Below, piece after piece: positions 52,661 through 64,000 of a stretch of 64,000 nt of DNA. The translations under genes were made by a program, and so were the position numbers. Every line of letters starts with the position of its first letter. Within the stretch, counting starts at the first letter, position 1. The notes beneath the pieces were generated by a model. That model was not told the origin of the DNA. It saw only the letters and a list, made by a program, of their open reading frames with translations, and searched no databases. Origin of the DNA: Felis catus (taxonomy: Eukaryota); NCBI RefSeq assembly GCF_018350175.1, contig NC_058368.1, forward strand, positions 44,022,001 to 44,086,000. Reading direction: 5' to 3'.

Positions 52661-54645
52661 AAAAAACAGCTTTCACAAATTTAAAGGGAGGTTTAAGAAC
52701 TGCCTTTAAGCTAAGACTTCCAAAAATATAAGCAATTTTCTTAAATCTTTTATGAACAGAGCCATAAAATGAACTCTCCAGCTCATCAAAAGGAGTCAGC
52801 CAGCTTGTTGACCAGTCATCCTTAGCAGTGGCCACCTTGGAGATGCTTTGTGGATTGTTTTTCCCTTTTTCCTTAGTCTACTCCTCTGGCTTTTCAATCC
52901 TGCCCTCAGGAATTATTTTCTAAATTAATCATTGGCACCGAGTTTTTGACCCAGATTAAGAAAAAGTTAATATCATTAACATGTTTCTTTTATAGTTTTC
53001 TCTTCTGATACTTGATGAATCCATTTTTCTCTCCAAGAAAAAAATCTAGAATTATATATTCCATAACGAAGTTGAAATAATGAACAACTCGATATTTTCT
53101 AAAATAGGACATGTAGGGGCATACACTTGGCCATCCAGTTCTAAGATAGCTCTACAACTATAAGTGAAAGTGTTTCCAGGACATAAAAATAAGCATAACC
53201 TCAAGTATTGTAGAACTAGTAATAGTGCAAACTGTAGGTATTATTATCTAGCAAAAAATATACAAGTAGCCACTTTAAAAATACCAGAAACTCATCTTTT
53301 TTTCTACTATCTATGTATCCTAAATCCCACATGTAACATACTCTTTTATTATATTATAAAAAAAAAAAAAGTAACAGTGAAGAGGCTGACAGGATTGTGT
53401 CATCACGTATTCCTGCTGACCAGGGGGAATTGTGGGTAGATGTGCAATTGCTAATGTTTTCCGCACAATTTAAAGCAGTACCATTACTTATCTCAGTGCT
53501 CTAGGAGAAAATGATAAAACAGAACAAAAGTTTGAAATGCACAAATCTCTAGCAAACACACACAAGCACACACACTCACACACAATGCTTAACATATTTT
53601 CACCTCCATTCTTTTGCCATATCTTCAACTTTATAAACATTTCTGTTATTAAACCACTCTGAATGAATGAGCACTGATGGTAAGAGTTATGCGGTCTCTC
53701 CCCCTGAAGCATACATTGCAATTCAAGGCAAGGTAGTGTGTTTCTTAGCATTCCTTTGCTCTGTGGCTCTTTTCAGATTTCCATTGATGTGCAAAATAGA
53801 AGAAATAGAGAATCTTATATTTGTCTTTCACAAACATGCTGCTCTTATTGTTTTGAATATGGGATTTTAGCTTTGAAAAATGGGCAAAGAAAGAAGTATA
53901 AAGATTGAAGTGGAATTTTAAAATAGCTAATGGTTTTACAGTACCATTGTGAAAACTCTAGGTGCAAAAGATCATTTCAGCTAAAATGTGAATATACAAG
54001 TGAAAGAGCTAGAAGAATATAGAGGGGGCAGGAATGAGAGCAATTTAGATGCGATAATAAGGATGCCAATGAGTAATTTACTGAAAATTTCATTTTAGGG
54101 ATTCATTAGCATGATGTATGAAAGCATTGATCTGATATCTGTTTGTAGTAAGCAATGTTAAAGCCCAACACATCTATAGTGAATAACTGTACCTAGCATA
54201 ATCATCAGATTTTATAAAAAGAGGTTATCCAAAAGGTTAAATGACTTGGTTAATTTCTTATAGTTATTGACAGAAATGAGAATAGAGTATATATTTTCTG
54301 ACATATTTAAGATGATCCGTATTAGAACACTATGGAAAAGTGGCATGGTATATAGCAAAAATAGCAATTTCATAGTTAATTTCTATGCAACAGCAATCAT
54401 CATCATCATCATCATCATCTAACTAGGAATTCCAATTGCAATAATAATAAATTGTATGTAAGTTTACAATTACTAGACAACTAAAAATATGTATTTGTAA
54501 ACCCAGATGTTTTAGGTTTGAGAGATTAAGCACAGTTCTCATTATGGCTACTGTATATACTGTAAACTAGAGTGAATTTTCCTAAGGACTAAATTTCCAG
54601 AAGGTTTTACTTACACCAAATTCCACTATCCAATACTATAATTAA

Positions 54646-54681
<36 letters not shown>
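54646..54681 (+). repeat. (AAT)12 microsatellite
   Basis: Counted directly from the sequence. Confidence 0.95.
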
Positions 54682-54682
<1 letters not shown>

Positions 54683-55180
54683 TTACCTTAAGAACTTTAC
54701 CTACTTATTATTACATAAAATGCACTCATGGTAAATAAATTAATGTTAGAAAATACTTATTTCCCTCATATATGTCTTCCTCTGTATCTTATTGATATGT
54801 TATACTGATTTAAGCAAGAAATTGAAATGGATTGGACAGAGATAGAGAAAAAAATAAGAATTATATACAAAGTTCTGTGTTTGGAAACTAGGGGAATAAG
54901 AGTTTTGTCAAAACTAGGAGACAGCATATAGGAAGAAAAAATATCACTTTATTCTGTATTTCCACAAGGTCCTGCTCAAACATTAGGTAAGTACCTTTTG
55001 ATACCTTCTCCAACAACCACTCATTCATCCATCCACCCAATCATCCAAATTCACTGAGAATTGAGCATTTATATGTTGTTTCTGCCAATCAATTTAATAG
55101 TGTGTAAATATTTGATGTTTAAGTTTATCATATCAAGATTGTTTATCAATCTTGATATGGTTTAAAATGTGGCATTTTGA

Positions 55181-56776
55181 AGAACAGATATTGTTAAAAT
55201 GTCTATATGACCCAAAGTCTAACATTTAATGCAATCCCTACCAAATACCACCAGCATTTTTCACAGAGCTACAGAAAACAATCTTAAAATTTGCATGGAA
55301 CCACGAAAGACCCCAAAAAGCCAAAGCTATCTGAAAAACAGAAGCAAAGCTGGAGGCATCACAATTCCAGGCTTTGAGTTATTTCACAAAGTTGTAGTGA
55401 TCAAGACAGTATGGTACTGGCACAAAAACTGACACATAGATCAATGGAACAGAATGGAAGATACAGAAATGGACCCACAGCTATATGGTCAACTAAGCTT
55501 CGACAAAGCAGAAAAGAATATCCATTGGAAAAAAGGAAGTTTCTTAGACAGTGTTGGGAAAACTGGGAAGCAACATGCAGAAGATGAAACTGGAACACAT
55601 TTTTACATCATACACAAAAGTAAATTCAAAATAGTTGAAAAACCTAAATGTGAGAAAGGAAACCATAAAAATCCAAGAGAAGAACATAGGCAGCAACCTC
55701 TTTGACATTGGTTATAGCAACTTCTTACTAGATATGTCTCTGGAGACAAGAGAAACAAAAGGAAAAATGAACTATTTGGACTTCATCAAGATAACAAGCT
55801 TCTGCACAGTGAAGGAAACAATGAAATTTAAAGGCAACCGACAGAATGGGAGAAGATATTTGCAAATGACATGTCTGATAAAGGGTTAATATCCAAAATC
55901 TGCCAAGAACTTACCAAACTCAACATCCTCAAAACAAAGAATCCAGTTTAAGAAATGGGCAAAAGACATAAATAGACATTTTTCCAAAGAAGACATCCAG
56001 ATGACTAACATGAAAAGATGCTCAACGTCACTCATCATCAGGGAAATACAAGTCAAAACTACAATGAGATTCCACCTCATGCCTGTGAGAACATCTAAAA
56101 TTAACAACACAGGAAACAACAGATGTTGGTGAGGATTCAGAGAAAGAGAAACCTTCCACTGTTTGTGGGAATGCAAATTGGTGCAGCTACTGTGGAAAAC
56201 AGTATGGAGATTCCTCAAAAAGTTAAAAACAACTACCCAATGACCCAGCAATGGTACTAATAGGTATTTACTCAAGGGATACAAAAATACTGATTTGAAG
56301 AAACACATCCACCCTGATGCTTATAGCAGCACTATCAACAATAGCCAAATTATGGAAAGATCCCAAATGTCCATGGACTGATGAATGGATAAAGAAGAGC
56401 TGGTATATACATACAATGAAATATTACTCAGCCATCAAAAAGAATGAAATCTTGCCATTTGAAACAAAGTGGAGGGAGCTTTGCTTACCATGCTAAGCAA
56501 AGTAAGTCAGTCAGAAAAAAAACAAACATAAGATTTCATTCATATGTGCAACTTAAGAAACAAAACAGATGAACATAGAGGGGTAAAGAGAGAGGCAAAC
56601 CATAAAACAGACTCTTAACTATAGAGAACAAACTGAGAGTTGCTGGAGGGAAGGTGGGTGGGGGAAGGATTAAATGTGTGATAGGTATTAAGGAGGGCAC
56701 TTGTGATGAGCACTAAATTCCACTCCTGAAACTAATATTATACTGTATTAACAAAATGGAATTTAAATAAAAACAA
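55181..56776 (+). mobile_element. Carnivore LINE-1 (L1_Carn-type), 5'-truncated
   Basis: ORF2 motifs KAGGITIP, KTVWYWHKN and YGQLSFDK, then a 3' UTR. TSD aaaatgtgg(c/t)attttga at 55164-55180 and 56777-56793. Confidence 0.97.
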
Positions 56777-56856
56777 AAAATGTGGTATTTTGATATTGCA
56801 AACACTCCTTTTACATTTCCATGTGGCTTCACTTATATAGAAATATACTAACATAA

Positions 56857-57026
56857 GGGATCCAGAGGTTCCATTTAGGATCCTTCCAGATCTTGCCTCA
56901 TCTCTCTCTTCATCTGGCTGTTCATCAGTATCATTTCTCCTATCCTTTAATAAACTGGTATATGTAAGTGTTTCCCTGAGTTCTGTGAGCCACTGTGGAA
57001 AATTAATTGAACCTGTGAAGGGATGA
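56857..57026 (+). mobile_element. MER21-like LTR fragment
   Basis: ctcttcatctggctgttcatc...aataaactggta...agtgtttccctgagttctgtgagccact...aattaattgaacc. Confidence 0.85.
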
Positions 57027-59423
57027 CTTTAAGTGTGTTTGAAAAATAATGGCAAAAAACACAAAAGTGTATCCTTTATTTACACAAAAATAAAAATATA
57101 ATTTATACTTTTTTGTTTTTTTAGAGTTTTAATTTAAATTCTAATTAGTTTACATATGACTATCAACTTAAGATTTTAAAAGTATGGTATTTTTAAGTTG
57201 AATCACTATGGTGTACATTTGAAAGATACCATTTATTTTTTTTTAAATCTGAAATCAACAGTCATCAAGGTCATTTTATTGTAGTTAAAGACAGTGTTGC
57301 ATGATTATCTAGATTTCTTAAACCAAACACAATATGGAGTATATGCTCATATACACTCATTGGTACCACTTCAAGGTATTATGAATAATTTTAAAAATAC
57401 AACTTTTATAAAACTATAATTTCCATGCTCTCTTTTCATAGTTTTGATATTTTTTCCCTAATAAATCATTAAATGAATAGAATTTAGCACACTGAAACAA
57501 GATCAATTATCATTTATTTTTCATTGTTCATTATATCCCTCATGTTAAAATAGGAGGCTAAGAAGACAGAATTCTGCAGAGACCATAGCTAATACAAACT
57601 GCATGAAAATTGCATTCCAACAAATTAATAAACTTTGTCACATAATTACATTTTTAAAAATCAAAATTTAAAAAAAAATGAAAACATAGACCAAGCCTGA
57701 AAATCCCTCTTGAAAAGCCATGTAAGCAAAGCTAAATCTAGTTTATTTCATGAACAAAAGCAAAACTTAGGTTATTTCTTATAAATGCCTCTGATAATCA
57801 TAAAAGATATTTAAGTCATCTTCCTAAAATGGTATGAAGCAATCACTTCTAAGCAATTATCTGCTGTCTGGAAATCCCCACTGTAATAACCAATCATTGT
57901 AAAGGTTAAACAACTCCTGCATTTACTTTATGAGCGATCCTGTAACATCATACCTCTGAGCTTCATAAAGTATTGGGAGAGAAAGCTCCCAGCATGCACG
58001 TTATTTCTTACATGCACAGTAAACTCATTAAGTACTATTTTACTAATCTGGTTTTAATTTTTACTGTTTTGGGATTTTCAGCAGTTTTCATTCTGTCCTA
58101 TTCAGGTTGCAATTATTAATGGTGATAGACAGTGGTGGTGTCTGTGTCAAGGTTATGAACTGTTTACAATACAATGCTTCTAATGAATCAATCCAAAATA
58201 AGATGCATTCTTATTTCTTGACATATCCTTCCTCCCTTCTAAACCTGAATATCTGTAGAATTCATAGAAGTAGAAAAAGAAACTAATGTTGTCTAAATAT
58301 ACGTATATATATGTATTTACATGTGTATAGATTTACATACATATATATAATTTAAATATAACTTCTATTCAAACTTCTTAGAACAGTTTATTTCCTCTTT
58401 AAGGATTTTCTCATTTTCTTCAAAGAAATGGTTTTATTTTTTTCTAAGTAACTATTGTTTCAAACTCAAATGTAGGTGTGCAAATTTTAATGGTTCTATG
58501 CAGTTACCATAGACTTTTACAGTATTTGTGAGAACTATTTACTAATAAACTTGTAAACCACAACTATGCTCTTAATATAGATTAATTCATCACATATGAA
58601 ATAAACAAATGAGATGAAGAACATTAGTTTTGTCTACTCATTTGTTACTTAATTTTAAAAGATAAAATCTAATGAGAGTAAATGAGTGGTAACTACTTGC
58701 TTAAATTATTAAGCGTAATGAAGAAAAAGTAGGCCTATATATTTAATAATGCTTAGAAAAAAGTATCTAGCTATAATTTAATAAAAAATAAGTTTTATAT
58801 TCGTAAAGCAAGCAAATTGAGGTGTTACATTTAATAAAAGAGATATATTTTAAACGTAGTATTTGTGAAAAATTTGTTTATAATGAGATAATATATAAAT
58901 GAATGAAAATTAAGAAATTATAATCATATCAAGCAAATTACTGTAAAACATTCAAACCTGGAACTTTATTTAAAATCAATAAAATAGCTATGAAAGACCT
59001 CTGAATAACATCCTCAATAGTTTTATAATTGATTTTTTTAAATGAAAATTCCTTAAAAGTTAAAAGTTAGGATTAGTTTATCACCATATATACCTGGTTG
59101 TTTTAAAAGATTATGCCTACACTTTGTTTTTTTTGCCTCATTATTGGGCTATTTTGTTTAAAACATAAATTGACAATACAAATGTTTTGAAACAAATACA
59201 GCTAGGTGATGAGGTAGGTCATAGACAATGATTTCTTCAACAACTGTTAAAAGAAAAAGTTTAAAAACACTACGTTCAAATTGAATGATATCTTTGTTCT
59301 GTCAGTTAAATAGTACTATCTTCCTTTTTGAAAAATTTATTTTTAATCACAAATTATAGTTAAAAACAATGTTTTGAGGGAACATAAACTGATTGAGCCT
59401 TATTTGTTATTGAAATGACAGTA

Positions 59424-60007
59424 TGTAATAGGCTAAATTGTACCCCCCCCCCCCCCGCCAAAGACTGATTTCGTGCCCCTTAGGATCTGTGAACATTACT
59501 TGATATGGTAAAATGTGTGATTAAATTAAGGGCTTTTTTCTTTTTTTTAATAGGCTTCAAGCCCAATGCAGAACCCAACCAGGGCCTTGAACTCATGACC
59601 TTGAGATCAAGAGTCGGTCGCTTAACTGCCTGGGTCACCCAGATGCCCCTAAATTAAGGATTTTAAGAGAAGGAACCTTATCCTGGATTATAAGGCGGGC
59701 CCTAGATCCAATTTCTAGACAAGTGTCATTAAACAAGTGAAACAGGGAGATGAGACTGATACAAAAGAGAAGGCAACGTGAAGATAGTGGCAGAGATGGC
59801 ATAAATGTAGACACAAAATAAGGAACGCTCATACAGGAAGCTGAGAGAGACAGGAAATACTCCCCTTCCAAAGTCTCAGGAGGAAAATAGCACTGTCCAA
59901 ACTTTGGTTTTGGACTTTTGGCCTCCAGATTGTGAGAAAATAAATTTCTATTATTTTAAGTAGCAAATTTTTGATAACTCCTTACACCAGCCTAAGAAAC
60001 TAACACA
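59424..60007 (+). mobile_element. MaLR LTR (MLT1C/D-like) with SINE insertion
   Basis: tgtaataggctaaattgtacccc...ttatcctggattat...ggacttttggcctccaga...aataaatttct...agaaactaaca. Confidence 0.9.
59535..59649 (-). mobile_element. Short Can-SINE
   Basis: taggcttcaagcccaatgcagaaccc...gagatcaagagtcggtcgcttaac...gatgcccc. TSD taaattaagg on both sides. Confidence 0.92.
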
Positions 60008-61744
60008 GAAAGAAAACTTGCATTTTAGCTAGCTGATAGTTTGAAATTAAATAGTATTGTGGTTTTTAAAATTTATGAAAGGGTTTGAAAGGATCATAAG
60101 ATGGAAGACCAGTGGTGGTATAATTAGGGTATTAAGTTAGCCAGTCTACTGACAAAAATGAGAAAGAAAATTATTATTAATTAGCACAAATTAAATCATT
60201 TTGTCTCTAGGTTTTACACTTGATCTAGAAGTTTTCAAAGTATGCATATTTGACAATAGGAACTAACCTGCTTCCAAGCAGTAACATGAAAACTAAGGCT
60301 TTAAAGTTTAAGCATTCAAGAAGTGATTAAAAATATTGAATTAATATCAGGAATGAGACATTTTTCTTAATAGCGTCTTATGAATTTCATGTTGCAGATG
60401 TGGCCTCAAGTGTTTGCAATATGTTTCTTACTTGTTTGTGTCAGCAACTCCAAATATTTGCCAGTTTTTCATGAATTCCAGGGCAAGGATTACTTTTAAT
60501 GCCTCTCTTCGTTAAAATTTCTTTCTACTTCTTTGGCAAACTTAAATATGGTGGTTTAAAATCAGGTGGTTAATAGGATGCTCTTGCATTTTCACGTTTG
60601 TAATCGCACCAGTATACACATGGGTTTTTGAAGCTGGTCAAGGTCTGAATATTAAGAATGAAGAAAGATCCACTCACTTTTATACAAGGCTGTTGAACAG
60701 TCTGAACATGACTCAGTGAGACAGGTCAATCTTCCCTGGTATTTATTTCTCCTTGAGTCCCGTTCACTTCATTTGTCAGGCTTGTCTCAATGGAATTAAG
60801 TCCCATTCATTTTCAATAGGTTGATATTGCTTTTCACTGATGGTCATCCAGAACTTTTTCTATCTGCGGTGTACTATAGGCTCGCCTGTATTCATTTCAT
60901 AATTTTTAAAAAAATCTTTCGAAGCATGAGCAAGGAAAAAGTACTAGAATTTTCCATGGTCTGGCTCCTTCTTTATTTTTATTCAATGATGTGAGATAGG
61001 GTAAGTGAATTCAGGATTTCAAAACATACATACAATATATGATGTCTAGACACTGCTGTGTGAGTAAAGGAAATTTCAGAGCACAAACACTGGCTTGTCT
61101 TGTGACAGGTAACCTACCTACAGACTGACAGCACATAGAACTCCCATCCTGTAACTTAATACGCTGAGCAATAAGGCAGAGAACAATAGTGTCTGTTTAT
61201 ATCTCCTCCAAGAAAGGTTTGTAGTGTCACTCTGGCTTCATAATATTATTAACAATTTTTCAAATGTACCACTTTAATAGAAATCATGGGGCATTTTATT
61301 TTTGAAGACTTTATCCCAATATTTTTTTTCCATTTTGTTCTCCACAGCATTTATTTATGTACTGATTGACTTACTCATTTCTCAATAGGTGCATCATAAA
61401 AATTATCACTTGTAGATAAAATATTAAACATTTTAATGTAAATGTATCTTTAATTTTCCCAAGAAATAACTTTTCTTCATTCTCATGCTGTTGTCTTGGC
61501 TTGATTGCTTATAATTTCTTGCCTGGAGTAATGTTATTAGTGTAATTAGAAAATATTCTACATACCTCTGCTCTTGCACTTAATCTGAAATTGCCTACAG
61601 AATTAACTCAGATTATCTAAAAACAAAGGCAACACTATAATCAATTTTAAAAAAAATCCTTGTGATTTCACCAATGTCACCAAAATAAAACCTCAAATTA
61701 TTTGAAGGAAAGTCCAGCCCATTTTATCATGTGGTACATACTTA

Positions 61745-62015
61745 ATGGGAGAGGAAGAAGCAAAATTACCTCTGTTCACAAGTGATGTGATCTTATATGT
61801 AGAAAACTCTAACTTCCACAAAATAATTGTTAGAATGAATAAACAAATTCAGCAAAGTAGGAGGATACAGAGGGAACACGCAAAAATCGCTTTAATTTTT
61901 TTATACTCTCATCATGAACAATGTAAGAAGAAAATGAAGAACACATTTTTATTTACAATAGTGTTAAAAAGAATAAAATACTTAGCAATTAACTGAGGTG
62001 GTGAAAGCTGTATAT
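61745..62015 (+). mobile_element. L1 ORF2 reverse-transcriptase fragment
   Basis: GEEEAKLPLFTSDVILYVEN is a degenerate GKEEVKLSLFADDMILYIEN. Confidence 0.9.
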
Positions 62016-62039
62016 AATTGTGGTGGTATTTTTTTGTTA

Positions 62040-62345
62040 CCCATGCTGTCAATCTCTGTCTTTCGACTGGCATACATAGATCAGGTACATTTAAGGTAAT
62101 TAATTATTTATTGGTGACACTTAGGTCTGCTATTTTATTATTTAATTTTTTTTCTTGGGTTTCTTGTTTCTGTTTCTCTTTTCTTGCCTTACTGAAGGTT
62201 ACTTGAATATTTTTTTAGGATTCAGTCTTGTTTTATTTATAGTGTTTTGAACATATCAGTTTTTATACTTTTGTAGTGGTTGGTCTGCTTTATACACTAT
62301 TCGTACACAACTTATATCAGTCTACAGGTGCAAACATTTTACCCA
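62040..62345 (-). mobile_element. Old L1 fragment (antisense)
   Basis: caatctctgtctttcgactgg...tacatttaaggtaatt...gtctgctattttattattt. Confidence 0.65.
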
Positions 62346-63113
62346 AATTTGAAAACCAAAGTTGTCTCTAAATGAGACAAGTGATGTTTCACAGGCCACG
62401 AGAACCTCCATTTTTGCCTTGACGCTAATGTTCTAATCTGGGAAATAACTCATGTGTTACAGTACAAATGTTCATATACTCCTCATAAAACATTAATTAT
62501 TTATTCCACAGGTTTTTATTCTTTGATTTTTAGTATAAGGAATCCCCTACATGCTACTTACATGCCAAATTTTGTCATACATTTACACAAAATATGAACA
62601 GAGAAATATGCCTATATTTGCTTTATGGTAATCCTTTTGGAAAAATATTATAATCCTGAAATATATTCTCTCATGTTGTCAAAAACATTCCTGGGATATT
62701 TCAAGATATTAGTTGAAAATGTGGTTACTTTAAGTCATCTTCTTAAAAACAACAGAATTTCCATTGAAATAAATATTCTTTACTTTTGTTGCTTTCTAAA
62801 TAGTGCAGACTTCAAAATCACAAATGACATAAAGGTTTGCTGATATGTGTTTTAAAGACATGGAGATTTTACAGTTATGGAAAATTTCTTTAATATATTT
62901 TTACTGTATTAAATTAAATTAAATTAAATGCAATGGTGAATATATAAACTAAAAAAAAACAGTTTACAAATTGTAAAAAGTTGACAAACAGTATAAAATC
63001 CAGAGACACAATCAAGGAATGTTTAGATAACTTACCGACCCTATTAATAATTCTTTCTTTTCTACATAAGATTCATTAGCTTCTAATTCTGATAATAAAA
63101 AATTCTCCAGCAA

Positions 63114-63878
63114 AACCACACTCAGATATCACCTCACGCCAGTCAGAGTGGCCAAAATGAACAAATCAGGAGACGCTAGAGAGGATGTGGAGAAACGGGA
63201 ACCCTCTTGCACTGTTGGTAGGGATGCAAACTGGTGCAGCCACTCTGGAAAACAGTGTGGAGGTTCCTCAAAAAATTAAAAATAGACCTACCCTATGACC
63301 CAGCAGTAGCACTGCTAGGAATTTACCCAAGGGATACAGGAGTACTGAGGCATAGGGGTACTTGTACCCCAATGTTTATAGCAGCACTCTCAACAATAGC
63401 CAAATTGTGGAAAGAGCCTAAATGTCCATCAACTGATGAATGGATAAAGAAACTGTGGTTTATATACACAATGGAGTACTACGTGGCAATGAGAAAGAAT
63501 GAAATATGGCCCTTTGTAGCAACGTGGATGGAACTGGAGAGTGTGATGCTAAGTGAAATAAGCCATACAGAGAAAGACAGATACCATATGGTTTCACTCT
63601 TATGTGGATCCTGAGAAACTTAACAGAAATCCATGGGGGAGGGGAAGGAGAAAAAAAAAAGAGGTTAGAATGGGAGAGAGCCAAAGCATAAGAGACTCTT
63701 AAAAACTGAGAACAAACTGAGGGTTGATGGGGGGTGGTAGGGAGGGGAGGGTGGGTGATGGGTATTGAGGAGGGCACCTTTTGGGATGAGCACTGGGTGT
63801 TGTATGGAAGCCAATTTGACAATAAATTTCAAAAAATAAATAAATAAATAAATAAATAAGTAAATAAATAAAATTAAA
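63114..63878 (+). mobile_element. Young felid LINE-1 (L1_Fc-type), 5'-truncated
   Basis: ORF 63234-63614 ([23 protein letters not shown]...) is the L1 ORF2 C-terminus. (TAAA)n tail. Perfect 17-bp TSD aaaaaattctccagcaa (63097-63113 and 63879-63895). Confidence 0.98.
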
Positions 63879-64000
63879 AAAAAATTCTCCAGCAATAATC
63901 ACCACTGTGTGTATAGAAATTACATTGATTAGTTTTTCAATGGTTTTAGACATCTGTTATTTGGGGAAAAAGTTTGCAAACATACAAACAACTACAGCAA

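Noticed and set aside
59443..59456. C14 run as a functional G-quadruplex
   Set aside because: Slippage expansion of the C-tract normally found at the MLT1 5' end.
63234..63614. 126-aa ORF
   Set aside because: L1 ORF2 C-terminus in a 5'-truncated copy with no promoter, ORF1, endonuclease or RT.
1..64000. CRISPR-like arrays, operons or another novel multi-gene system
   Set aside because: No regularly spaced repeat-spacer structure and no intact genes; the dispersed repeats I could recognise are known mammalian TEs.

Overview
AT-rich, repeat-dense mammalian DNA, almost certainly from a cat-family (Felidae) genome, judging by young SINEC_Fc-type tRNA-derived SINEs and L1_Fc-type LINE-1 3' ends. 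I find no intact protein-coding gene, RNA gene, CpG island or CRISPR-like array, so the window reads as intergenic or deep intronic. The only recognisable gene-derived sequence is an old, 5'-truncated processed pseudogene of flotillin-1 (FLOT1) on the minus strand (about 13144-14367). It keeps its 3' UTR, AATAAA, residual poly(A) and a candidate target-site duplication (TSD). The rest is a layered TE record: about 16 Can-SINEs, young and old L1 pieces, MaLR/ERV LTRs, a decayed ERVL-like interior, MER3/MER5A/MER53/MER81 DNA transposons, MIR and L2. Several repeat-free blocks could be conserved non-coding elements. I see no convincing evidence of a new biological system. Repeat family names come from my recall of consensus sequences, not from a search, and boundaries of old elements are approximate.
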